Shown: positions 1 to 8,386 of the stretch, one piece after another
How the letters are laid out: each line of letters begins with the position of its first letter
Position numbering within the stretch: position 1 is the first letter of the stretch
Source of the DNA: an uncultured archaeon
GTDB taxonomy: Archaea > Iainarchaeota > Iainarchaeia > Iainarchaeales > 0-14-0-20-30-16
Assembly (NCBI GenBank): GCA_964565125.1
Contig: CAZMCX010000008.1
Location: 1 to 17,888 of the forward strand
Direction: 5' to 3'
Length of the DNA stretch: 17,888 nt
Program-made: the position numbers and the translations under genes
Notes under the pieces: generated by a model
Seen by the model: the letters and a program-made list of their open reading frames with translations, nothing else
Told to the model about the DNA's origin: nothing
Databases searched by the model: none

Positions 1-2
1 AA

Positions 3-1982
3 GAAGTGGTTAAAGGAGAAACTCTCAATATAAAAGTTGGTTTGAATGATAACACAGGAACACCAATACAAGATGCAAATGTTAATGCAATAATAAAAAG
101 TGGAGATAAGAATTTTGGGGGAATAACAACATTAAAAAGTGTGGAGAAAACCCCTGGATTGTATGAAGGCAATTTAACTGTGGGATACTTAATCCCTGCA
201 CAAAGCGAAGTCGAAATAAGTGCTAATTACTCTAAAGGAACTGGAAAGATGACAAATAAAAAATCTGTGCCTATAAGCCTAACGCCAATAGATTCAATCA
301 GTCCTATAACAAACTATGAAACAAATTATATGGAGACAAAAGAAGATGCTTTTACAGTTGGTAACACCATAAATACTTTGACAGTGTGTTTCAAATTGCC
401 AGATGCTAGCTTCGATGACCAAATGTTTGGAAAGTTAGTGTTGAGTGGTGTTAAAGATGTAGAATTCAAATTGGAAGAGCTGGAAAACAAATGCTATAAT
501 ATTTATCCAGAATATAAAGTGCAGAAAGAAGACATCACAAATGGCTTAAGTGTGAAGTTTAAAGATGTGAAAGATGTATTTGGGAATTATGTTAAGTCTA
601 CACAGATAAAGAAGTTTGATGTTATACCACTGCCAAAAGTGTTTGATTTGGTTCTGCTTGAGCCTGTTGGTGAGAAAATAAATCTGGGACAAACAGTTTA
701 TGTAAAGGCTAAACCAATTGTTAAAGAGGGATTTACTTTTAGTGATTTGAAAGAACTGAAAGCTTATGTTTTGTATAATGAAAAAAAATATAATCTTGAA
801 TTAAAAGATGTAAATGGGGAGAAGGTCTTTGTAGGAGAAATAGCATCTGAATTGGGTTCTGAAATTGTTTTCAAAGTGTTTGTTTCTAGTACTTACAAAG
901 GAGCACTGGCAGAAGAATCTGTTACAAAGAAACTGCAGACAACAAATGAACTGAATGTATTAGTATTAAGTCCAAACGAATCAGGAGTAATTGATTCATT
1001 AGGAAAAGTAATAATATCACTTAATTATCAAAACGGAATGCCTTATGATAATAATACTTTAACATTAAATTTAAATGATAAAAATACTGTTTTTAATAAA
1101 ATCATTGAAGGCAAATATGCTGGTGCATTTGCTGCAGATAGCTCAGATGTGGGTTTCTTTAAAAGTGGTGCTCTGCAAATTAAGGGTAAGGATGCAAAAG
1201 GAAATACAGTTTCTTACACTACAGATTTGCCTGCAATGGCATGGAAACTGCCACTATATGTGTATTATATCTTTTTGGGTGTGTTTGTTTTGATAGCAAT
1301 TTTGACAGTAGTTCTAAAAAGGGAAGCAAGAAAGAGAAAAGAAATAGTTGCAAAAACTGTTGCATTATCTGCTGAAATTAAAGAAGGACTTAAAGAAAAA
1401 AGTATTAAAGAACAACTTGAAGAACAAAACGCAAAATTAAAAGCAGCAAAGGACACCCGCGAGAAGATAATCCATGAACATTTTACTTTGGCTACTCCAG
1501 ATAATATATATTCTGATCGACTGGCTCGCATAGATGGCGAAATTACAAGCATTGAGAAAACAATTGCAAAATTAAACTATCAACAAAAAAATGTGCCAGA
1601 AAATCAAATAGAAGATAAACATAAAGCAATGGAAAAGAAATTAGGTTTTGAAACCGAAACAAAAAAAGAATTGAATAAAGAATCAAAAATATATGAAAAA
1701 GCACAAGAGTTTATGATGAATGAAATGCCTGAAGGAAAAAAGAAATTGCAAAATATAAAAGAGGAAATAGAAAAAAAGATTTATACTAAATATAAAGAAG
1801 TTATAGATAAAAAGGTAGAGAATATTCTCCCTCTTAAAGATAAGTATTCTTCAGAAGAAATTAAAATTGCACTAAAAGAAGGAGATTTGCCAGATCAAGT
1901 AATAGGTATTATAATTAAAAAACTATATCCCGAAAAAGAGAGCTTTAATGAAGAAAAAGAAGATAAACGGGTTGGAATGTAA
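3..1982 (+). CDS. Surface protein, N-terminus outside window: beta-rich ectodomain, single TM helix, about 220-aa Lys/Glu-rich coiled-coil-like cytoplasmic tail
   Basis: The reading frame is open to the left edge, with no stop before nt 6. About 410 aa are Thr/Asn/Val/Lys-rich and beta-sandwich-like. A hydrophobic helix LPLYVYYIFLGVFVLIAILTVVL (about nt 1250-1318) is followed by KREARKRKE, which fits the positive-inside rule. A long heptad-like K/E-rich tail follows, ending at TAA 1980-1982. Confidence 0.85.
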   Translation, partial: EVVKGETLNIKVGLNDNTGTPIQDANVNAIIKSGDKNFGGITTLKSVEKTPGLYEGNLTVGYLIPAQSEVEISANYSKGTGKMTNKKSVPISLTPIDSISPITNYETNYMETKEDAFTVGNTINTLTVCFKLPDASFDDQMFGKLVLSGVKDVEFKLEELENKCYNIYPEYKVQKEDITNGLSVKFKDVKDVFGNYVKSTQIKKFDVIPLPKVFDLVLLEPVGEKINLGQTVYVKAKPIVKEGFTFSDLKELKAYVLYNEKKYNLELKDVNGEKVFVGEIASELGSEIVFKVFVSSTYKGALAEESVTKKLQTTNELNVLVLSPNESGVIDSLGKVIISLNYQNGMPYDNNTLTLNLNDKNTVFNKIIEGKYAGAFAADSSDVGFFKSGALQIKGKDAKGNTVSYTTDLPAMAWKLPLYVYYIFLGVFVLIAILTVVLKREARKRKEIVAKTVALSAEIKEGLKEKSIKEQLEEQNAKLKAAKDTREKIIHEHFTLATPDNIYSDRLARIDGEITSIEKTIAKLNYQQKNVPENQIEDKHKAMEKKLGFETETKKELNKESKIYEKAQEFMMNEMPEGKKKLQNIKEEIEKKIYTKYKEVIDKKVENILPLKDKYSSEEIKIALKEGDLPDQVIGIIIKKLYPEKESFNEEKEDKRVGM

Positions 1983-2016
1983 TTTGTACTTGTAGAGAAT
2001 ATAAAAAATTATTTGT

Positions 2017-2892
2017 GTGGGTGGTTTTGTGGTTATTAAAAAGAAAAAAGATGATTTAATGTTAAAGTCAGAATCAAAAAAGCCTAAATTGGCTTCCAAA
2101 GAATTAATGGATGCAATTTTTACAGAGAATATATCACGAGAAGCAACAAATGCAATTTCAAAGTATCCATTTAAGTATAAAAAAGAACTGGATCTATATA
2201 AAATGGCAGTTAATTGGCCAAATATATGGAAATTTAATGAGTTTGCAAAAGTAGTGTCTCACAATTACCAAAATCTTGAGAAATTATTTGCAAAGTTGGA
2301 AGAAGAATTTGGTTTTGAAAAGTATATAATAAGTGCTTTGGCACCAGAAATTGACAAAATAAAAATATCTACAAATAAAGAATTGGGACTTGATTTTGAG
2401 TCGTCACCAGAATTGGTTAAAGAAACAGAATTAAATTTAAAGTATGACTACAAAAGAAAAGTAGGACGGGCCATAAAAAAGTTGAAACCATATAAAGATA
2501 AATATCCGAAAGAAAAAATAATAGAAGTAATAAAATTTAAAATATATATTAAAAGGAATTGGTTATATAAAGTCTGGAAACGGATTACTGATTTTTTTAC
2601 TTTTAGTTTTCAAAAGGAAGAACAAATATTGGATTTAAAAATTATAGTGGAACTAGTTGAAGACTTACCTAAAAATGTAGTAGATACCATTTTGAAGTAT
2701 TCTGTAGAAGATAAAAAAAATAGATTTTGGTTTGGAATACAGTTTTTAAAACCGGAAGATGCAAGAAAAATAATATTGACCAATTATAAAAATTCGCATA
2801 AGTTACTAAAGGAATTAAAAAGTGCAATTCTAAAAGAAATTGATAAACAACCCAAAAATAAAGAAACAAATAATTTTAAAAGAACACATTAA
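2017..2892 (+). CDS. Lys-rich soluble hypothetical protein (start uncertain: GTG 2017, GTG 2029 or ATG 2059)
   Basis: This is an uninterrupted 291-codon ORF in a stop-rich AT genome, 35 nt after the previous stop and on the same strand. GGGTGG at 2019-2024 lies 4 nt before GTG 2029. I see no TM segment and no motif I recognise. Confidence 0.75.
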   Translation: MGGFVVIKKKKDDLMLKSESKKPKLASKELMDAIFTENISREATNAISKYPFKYKKELDLYKMAVNWPNIWKFNEFAKVVSHNYQNLEKLFAKLEEEFGFEKYIISALAPEIDKIKISTNKELGLDFESSPELVKETELNLKYDYKRKVGRAIKKLKPYKDKYPKEKIIEVIKFKIYIKRNWLYKVWKRITDFFTFSFQKEEQILDLKIIVELVEDLPKNVVDTILKYSVEDKKNRFWFGIQFLKPEDARKIILTNYKNSHKLLKELKSAILKEIDKQPKNKETNNFKRTH

Positions 2893-2903
2893 AGGTGAAT
2901 ACT

Positions 2904-4700
2904 ATGCAAGATTTCAATACCCAAGAATTAGGAATGAACCTAGATGCAGAAGTTTTTGGAGAAGAGAATCAAAAAACAAGTGCATTTGATAAAATCAAGC
3001 CACACATAGGAACAATAATAAAGATAATTATTTTATTAGGGATTCTTTTTTTGTCTTATTATTTCTTCTTTATGCGTTATACCTATGTTACTTTTGAAGT
3101 TCAAAACCTGTCAAAAGGTCTAAATGGGAATATGGAAACAACAACAATAACTTTAGAAAAAGAAGGAAAACAAAATAATTACAATACAGGAGAAAGTATT
3201 AAAATATTGCCTGGAGATTATACAGTATCAATAAATGATCCTGAATTGAACAACCTTTTTCTTGCTAATGACAAACTCTCAATAACAAAAGATGATGAAG
3301 GAACAACAAAAACAATTATCCTATATCCTGACTGGACATCTAAATTGAAGGCTGCTAGAATTGAGGGCCCAAGCACAATTTATGAAGGACAAAAAGTGGA
3401 TTTGAAATTTACAATCAATAATACAGGCAAACCAATTAATATCACCTTAAAAGGAGACGGAGATTTCAATAATGTTATTGAGGACTGGGATTTAGGAACA
3501 GGAACAAAAACTAAAATAATTAGTTATATTAACAAAAGAAAAGCTGACAAAGCACAAAAAACTTTGGGCAGTCTTTATATTGAAAAAACTGGTGATAAAT
3601 TCAAAAAGAGTTTTAGTGCAAAAATAAAAAAAGCACCACAAATCAAATTAAATACTCCTGCTAGCTATTCAGTAAAAGCTGGCCAGGATTTGAAAATCAT
3701 ATTTGAGCTTGATAATCCAACAAACACACCAGTAGATTCTTTGCAACTGGAATTATCTAATGCAAATATTGATTCTGATATTTTAAAATCATGGATCCAA
3801 ACTCAGTCAAAAGATATAAACCTAGGTCTTGGAAAAACAAGCACTTATATAACATTAAGAATTCCTTTGAACCAAAGTGGAAACGATATTACTTTCGATG
3901 CAATCTTCAAAAACAGCTACGTTAATGTTAAAAAATCTGTTACTTTGAAAATAGCACAGGCAGATATTATTATTCCAAAAAATTTAGATTTTGGATTAGT
4001 AACTGCAGGAACAGGTATCAAACAAAAAACCATTTTAATTGAAAATAACACTGAATTTTCAATAACCTTGAAAAAGGATTTTGACCCTGCTACTAATGTA
4101 AATATTACAAGCCCTGCAGATCCTCAAAACAAAGTCTCTGATTTACTGCAAATCTTTTCTGTTGATATCCCTGATAAAATAGAACCTAAAGCAAAAGTAG
4201 AGATCCCTATAACTCTAATTATACCCCCAAATTTTGAATCCGATGCTTTAAAAGGAACTATAACAATAAATACTGGGGGTTCTGAAGACAGCAAAAACGA
4301 TTTTGTAATTCCTTTTACCTTAAATATTGTAGGCATTAGTTTAAAGCTTGAACTTCAAAGCCTGCAATCAGAATATAAATTTACATTTGATGAAGTTAGC
4401 CAACAAAGTGAAAAAAAATTATTTCCATTAACTCTGAAAAATTCAGGCAATGTAGATCTTAATATAATGGATATTAAAATAAATAACTGCAGCGATTTTG
4501 GTGATAAAGAACAAATAACAGTTCCCTTAACAATAAAAAAAGGAGAGTCACAAGGCTTTTTTTTAGTATTGAAAAAAATATATAAAACAAATTTAACAGA
4601 ACCAAAAAGCTGTAGCTTTGACATCTCTTACCAAGATCCAACAATACCAAATGCTGTTAGCTTTAGCACTAAAACATATCCTTTCTCAATCAGTCCTTAG
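2904..4700 (+). CDS. Membrane-anchored surface protein with repeated CARDB/COG1361-like beta-sandwich segments
   Basis: GGTGA at 2894-2898 lies 5 nt before ATG 2904, so I prefer that start over the track's GTG 2895. There is an N-terminal TM helix IIKIIILLGILFLSYYFFFM. The protein has recurring strings typical of CARDB-like domains: VDLKFTINNTGKPINITL, LKIIFELDNPTNTPVDSLQLEL, TILIENNTEFSITL, LTLKNSGNVDLNI. Confidence 0.85.
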   Translation: MQDFNTQELGMNLDAEVFGEENQKTSAFDKIKPHIGTIIKIIILLGILFLSYYFFFMRYTYVTFEVQNLSKGLNGNMETTTITLEKEGKQNNYNTGESIKILPGDYTVSINDPELNNLFLANDKLSITKDDEGTTKTIILYPDWTSKLKAARIEGPSTIYEGQKVDLKFTINNTGKPINITLKGDGDFNNVIEDWDLGTGTKTKIISYINKRKADKAQKTLGSLYIEKTGDKFKKSFSAKIKKAPQIKLNTPASYSVKAGQDLKIIFELDNPTNTPVDSLQLELSNANIDSDILKSWIQTQSKDINLGLGKTSTYITLRIPLNQSGNDITFDAIFKNSYVNVKKSVTLKIAQADIIIPKNLDFGLVTAGTGIKQKTILIENNTEFSITLKKDFDPATNVNITSPADPQNKVSDLLQIFSVDIPDKIEPKAKVEIPITLIIPPNFESDALKGTITINTGGSEDSKNDFVIPFTLNIVGISLKLELQSLQSEYKFTFDEVSQQSEKKLFPLTLKNSGNVDLNIMDIKINNCSDFGDKEQITVPLTIKKGESQGFFLVLKKIYKTNLTEPKSCSFDISYQDPTIPNAVSFSTKTYPFSISP

Positions 4701-4797
4701 CACACTAGACAGGATAATTTTATATGCGACCAGGATGTAATTTTCATACACAATCAACACACAAAATTAATGTATAATTGTGCTGTTTACTGTGATG

Positions 4798-5964
4798 TTA
4801 AAGTGTGAAATTAGTTTCATCGATTTCATAATCTTTTAAATGCAGATTGTGTCTGTCATCAAATACTTTTTTGGAATATTTTACTTCATCCTCGCAGACC
4901 TTTTCAAATAGTATTTTTCCACCTTTTGGACTCAAGTCTGTGAGTGTTACTTTTAGTTGATTATCTTCAACAATTATTTTTGCATATCTCTTTGTTTTTG
5001 GAACCAAAAATTTCAAATTATCACTGAAAGAATATTCCTCTCTCCAAGTATCCAACACTAGAACCCATTTGTTAATCTTTGTATGATATTCATTTACTTT
5101 CTCATGTGCATGCCCAAAAATAACTAATTTCGTTGTGCTAGGCACTCTCTTTACTGATTTCATAAGAGTTCTTAATTGAATATCAAAAGTCTTTCGTACA
5201 AAATTATATAATGTAACAAAAATTATTTTAAGATAAATCTTAAAATAGTCACGTAATATGTAATTATATATTGAAAATAATAAGTGGTAAAAATAAAACC
5301 TCAATATTAAATAAGTTATATGAGCTTTATACCCTGGCATTAATCTTAATATGCTTTTTCTATCTTCTATTCGTTCTAAAAAAGGATGTATTTCTTTTTG
5401 ATCCATAAAAAAGGCATTGAATCCAGAAAACAGTGCAGGAATGTTCAATTCTTTTCTACCTTTGTAATTCCTGAAAATCTTTTTTGGGTCATAACCAAAA
5501 TAAATATCATACTGATGACCATGTTCAATATAAATTTTATTCTCAAAATAAGTTTGTTGGAATAAAATAGACTTACTTTCCAAAATAGACTTCATCTTTT
5601 CCTGTATTTCTGGAAATAAAAGCTCATAATCATGATTTCCATGCAAGAAATACAATTTATGCTTTTTGTCTTGTAAGAATAATTTCAAAGCATTAAAAAC
5701 AGTTTCGTGGCTTTTGTAAATATAACCTAATTTTTCCAAAGCAATGTTCACTGTTATGTGCTCTAAATAGAAGGTAAATCTTTTTCTCACAATTGGACAC
5801 TTCAAAAAATCTAAAGTGTCACCATTCAGCACTAAATCCACTTCACCTTTACTCTGTGATATTTTCTCTAAAATATCTACCAATAAACCATCACTTGCAA
5901 AATCATCTGTAATTGTGCCACCGCCAAATTCAATATCCGAGAAAACGTACACTTCTTTAGGCAT
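4798..5964 (-). CDS. Calcineurin-like metallophosphoesterase, LpxH/YbbF-like, with a hydrophobic insertion
   Basis: The ordered MPE motifs are present: VFSDIEFG (motif I, D-x-E rather than D-x-H), NGDTLDF (GDxxD), HGNHD, EHGH and FGHAHE (GHxH). The GDxxDF spacing resembles the LpxH family. The segment HITYLILRFYFYHLLFSIYNYILRDYFKIYLKIIFVTLYNFV sits between motifs IV and V. GTGAT lies upstream of the ATG. Confidence 0.85.
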   Translation of the reverse strand: MPKEVYVFSDIEFGGGTITDDFASDGLLVDILEKISQSKGEVDLVLNGDTLDFLKCPIVRKRFTFYLEHITVNIALEKLGYIYKSHETVFNALKLFLQDKKHKLYFLHGNHDYELLFPEIQEKMKSILESKSILFQQTYFENKIYIEHGHQYDIYFGYDPKKIFRNYKGRKELNIPALFSGFNAFFMDQKEIHPFLERIEDRKSILRLMPGYKAHITYLILRFYFYHLLFSIYNYILRDYFKIYLKIIFVTLYNFVRKTFDIQLRTLMKSVKRVPSTTKLVIFGHAHEKVNEYHTKINKWVLVLDTWREEYSFSDNLKFLVPKTKRYAKIIVEDNQLKVTLTDLSPKGGKILFEKVCEDEVKYSKKVFDDRHNLHLKDYEIDETNFTL

Positions 5965-6136
5965 AATCTATCACAACAATAAGAAATAAGCATAGAAAGA
6001 TAAATAAACAGTTTGTGGTTATTCTTGCCAAACAAAATTATCTAATTAAAAAGAATTCCAAACCTAAAAAACAGCACAAAGATTTTAAACATTGCGTGCA
6101 TATATAAAAATATAAAGTATAAAGAGATAAGATAAA

Positions 6137-6499
6137 ATGAAAAAACCCTATGTTAAGAAATATAAAAAAGTTTTTGAGTTCAGTGTAATGCTAGTAGATG
6201 GCAAGTACATTCGTGAAAATATTGACATAGAGTTCACTAATTGTGCCCAACATTACCAATTCGACTTCATCCCGAAAAACGAGTTTTGGATAGACAAAAA
6301 TAGAATCCCTGGTGAAGAAGATTATTACATTAAATCTATGCTTATAATGAATAGACTTTTGGCACAAAGCGTAAAACATAGGAAAGCAGTTAAAATTGCA
6401 GACAAAGCAGAAAAAGCATTAAGGCAACAATCTGATTACACAAAACAATACGAACCTTTGAAAAAAAGTAAAAAAAAGCTTATTGATTTTATACATTAA
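6137..6499 (+). CDS. Small conserved-hypothetical protein, paralog A of a tandem pair
   Basis: It has an ATG start and 120 codons. It aligns by eye with the next ORF: V-LV-G---R-----FT---------F-PK-E-W-D-N--P-E. Confidence 0.75.
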   Translation: MKKPYVKKYKKVFEFSVMLVDGKYIRENIDIEFTNCAQHYQFDFIPKNEFWIDKNRIPGEEDYYIKSMLIMNRLLAQSVKHRKAVKIADKAEKALRQQSDYTKQYEPLKKSKKKLIDFIH

Positions 6500-6505
6500 A
6501 AGTTT

Positions 6506-6844
6506 TTGAAGAGTTATAGCAATAGTAGAGTCAAAGTGTGGTTAGTTAATGGCAGAGCAGTCAGAGATTTGTTTTATACTGATTTTACACACGGCGGAAA
6601 TGACAAAGTGTACAAATTTGTACCTAAATATGAAATCTGGCTAGATGACAACCTGAGCCCTGCAGAAAGAAGATTTGCAGCTGTACATGAACTATATGAA
6701 AGGAATACAATGGCATACAAAAAGCTGTGCTATGATGATTCACACGATTTAGCAAGCGAGTTAGAACTTTTTTACAGACACAATCCAAAAAATGTTATGA
6801 AAAGAATAAGATATGAAGCTCACAGAGCAAAAGACGATTGCTAA
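6506..6844 (+). CDS. Small conserved-hypothetical protein, paralog B (retains the HELYER / H / E residues)
   Basis: It is homologous to 6137-6499. The only available start is TTG 6506, with no SD. It is in the same frame as the upstream gene and separated from it by one TAA (6497-6499) plus two codons. Confidence 0.65.
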   Translation: MKSYSNSRVKVWLVNGRAVRDLFYTDFTHGGNDKVYKFVPKYEIWLDDNLSPAERRFAAVHELYERNTMAYKKLCYDDSHDLASELELFYRHNPKNVMKRIRYEAHRAKDDC

Positions 6845-6914
6845 AAACAGAGAAAACTATTTATATCCCTAAGCTATATTTAGATGCAGAGATATACTTA
6901 ATTGGAGGGTTTAA

Positions 6915-7454
6915 ATAAAAATTATTGTACCAATTATAATTGCTCTTTTAGCAATTGTATTTGTTTTAAGCGGATGTGTCACTAATGATCAAAACAGTTC
7001 AGGCACACAGGTGAATTCAAAAGAATCTTTTATGGCAGCCATAACTTCTGGTTCAGAATTAAAATGTTCAATGGATGCAAATGGAATACCTGTAACTATT
7101 TATTTTACCAAAGATAAATATTTGTTAATAACAAAGACACCAGAAGCAGGGAATGTTTATTCTGCTATAAATTTGAAAGAAAAAATGGTTTATGCATGGG
7201 CCGACAAGCAAATGTATTCAACAGATCAATTAAAAGCAATGGGCATTGAATTAGAACCTGGTAAAAAGATGGGAGTAAAATCAGATATCTCACAACAACC
7301 TAGTGAAGAAATAAAAGCAGAGGATTACAAACCAGAATGGAAATGTGAGTTGAGCACATATCCAATTATTTTGCCATCAGATTATCAATTTGTTGATATG
7401 AGCAAATTCTATGCTAGTGCATCAACAAATGGAGCAGCAACACCAACAAATTAA
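6915..7454 (+). CDS. Putative secreted lipobox protein; start probably non-canonical (ATA 6915 or ATT 6921/6924), not the track's GTG 7011
   Basis: In frame upstream of 7011 the sequence reads (I)KIIVPIIIALLAIVFVLSGC VTNDQ. That is a K-containing n-region, a hydrophobic core and the lipobox L-S-G-C (Cys codon 6975-6977). A stop at 6912-6914 bounds the ORF. GGAGGG at 6904-6909 lies 5 nt before 6915. Confidence 0.6.
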   Translation: MKIIVPIIIALLAIVFVLSGCVTNDQNSSGTQVNSKESFMAAITSGSELKCSMDANGIPVTIYFTKDKYLLITKTPEAGNVYSAINLKEKMVYAWADKQMYSTDQLKAMGIELEPGKKMGVKSDISQQPSEEIKAEDYKPEWKCELSTYPIILPSDYQFVDMSKFYASASTNGAATPTN

Positions 7455-7467
7455 ATGAACATCAAAT

Positions 7468-7510
7468 AAGAAAGGTTAATCCTTTCTTTTCTTTCTTTTT
7501 TTATTTTTTG
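7468..7510. terminator. Hairpin plus T-rich tract between convergent genes
   Basis: AAGAAAGG (7468-7475), loop ttaat, CCTTTCTT (7481-7488), followed by ttctttctttttttatttttt. Confidence 0.5.
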
Positions 7511-7683
7511 ATAATTAGTAAAATATATTCTGAATATTTCAGGTCTGGAATTTCATTAAACTGTGTTTCTTCCATAATCTTTCTATTCTTTTTTAAATTT
7601 GCTTTACTAAATTCTGCGGGTTTAAGACTATAATTAACTATCTTAAGATCTTTTATTATTGCTTTGATTTCATCAAATGTCAA
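7501..7683 (-). CDS. Doubtful small ORF (60 aa, TTG start)
   Basis: The only evidence is an open frame. It has a TTG start, no SD and no recognisable motif, and it may be a gene remnant. Confidence 0.25.
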   Translation of the reverse strand: MTFDEIKAIIKDLKIVNYSLKPAEFSKANLKKNRKIMEETQFNEIPDLKYSEYILLIIKK

Positions 7684-7807
7684 TGATGCATTTATTGATG
7701 TTAATTCTCTTTGTAATAAATAGTAGTTAAACTAAAAATTTCCTACGTAAAGGATTGGATTCAAAGCCAAAAACTAATAAATAATAGATATAATTATAAA
7801 CTTAATG

Positions 7808-7839
7808 TTAATATTATATTAATAGGATATTAATATTAA
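7808..7839. promoter_or_regulatory. Candidate operator/promoter of the toxin-antitoxin operon
   Basis: TTAATATTA occurs at 7808-7816, and the perfect palindrome TTAATATTAA occurs at 7830-7839, 22 bp apart. They lie 19-50 nt upstream of the antitoxin ATG. The caveat is that the background here is extremely AT-rich. Confidence 0.3.
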
Positions 7840-7857
7840 TTTAATAAGGTGATATTT

Positions 7858-8088
7858 ATGGTACAAGCAATAATAAATATATCTGAAGATGCAAATATGA
7901 TTTTGAATGTGATAAAAGCAAAATATGGCTTAAAAGATAAATCTGAAGCAATAACAACCATGGCTGAAGAATATAAAAATAAATTGTTAGAACCAGAACT
8001 TAAACCAGAATTCATAGAGAAAATGACAAAAATAGCAAAGCAAAAAAGTATTAAAGTAAATAATTTTGCAAAACGATATGGTTTGTGA
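7858..8088 (+). CDS. Antitoxin-like small protein paired with RelE (I recall it as DUF2683-like, from memory only)
   Basis: GGTGA at 7848-7852 lies 5 nt before ATG 7858. The 76-aa protein begins MVQAIINISEDANMILNVIKAKYGLKDKSEAI. Its stop is 5 nt before the toxin ATG. Confidence 0.65.
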   Translation: MVQAIINISEDANMILNVIKAKYGLKDKSEAITTMAEEYKNKLLEPELKPEFIEKMTKIAKQKSIKVNNFAKRYGL

Positions 8089-8093
8089 TTTAA

Positions 8094-8378
8094 ATGTATG
8101 ATTTGTATATCAAACCATATGCAGATAAAATCTTCAAAAAAATGACAAAGAAAGAAAAAGATACTTTACAAATAATTAATGATAAGATTACAGAGATAAG
8201 AGGTAACCCCAATCATGAATACAAATACCTGCATACACCTTTGCAAGGATTTAACAGAGCACATATAAAAAGAAACTTTGTTCTAATTTTCAAGATAATT
8301 CATTCAGAACAAAAGGTTGAAATCTGGGCTTACGAACATCATGATATTGTGTATAAAGGCAATTGGTTAAATCAATAA
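8094..8378 (+). CDS. relE: RelE/ParE-family type II toxin
   Basis: The protein is 94 aa. The C-terminal pattern LQGFNRAHIKRNFVLIFKIIHSEQKVEIWAYEHHDIVY matches the RelE/StbE consensus (L.G..R.R.g.yR.iy.i....v.i.....r...Y). It is tightly coupled to the upstream small gene. Confidence 0.8.
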   Translation: MYDLYIKPYADKIFKKMTKKEKDTLQIINDKITEIRGNPNHEYKYLHTPLQGFNRAHIKRNFVLIFKIIHSEQKVEIWAYEHHDIVYKGNWLNQ

Positions 8379-8386
8379 GAAAAGAG

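Noticed and set aside
1075-4624. Short nested ORFs inside the surface-protein genes: 1075-1293, 1265-1552, 2669-2869, 4124-4336 and 4355-4624.
   Set aside because: All are fully contained within much longer ORFs that have coherent signal, TM and repeat architecture. None has an SD.
6497-6499. Genome-wide reassignment of TAA as a sense codon, as an explanation for the in-frame stop between the tandem paralogs.
   Set aside because: TAA terminates most well-supported genes in this window, for example at 1982, 2892, 6844, 7454 and 8378. Global recoding is therefore not tenable.
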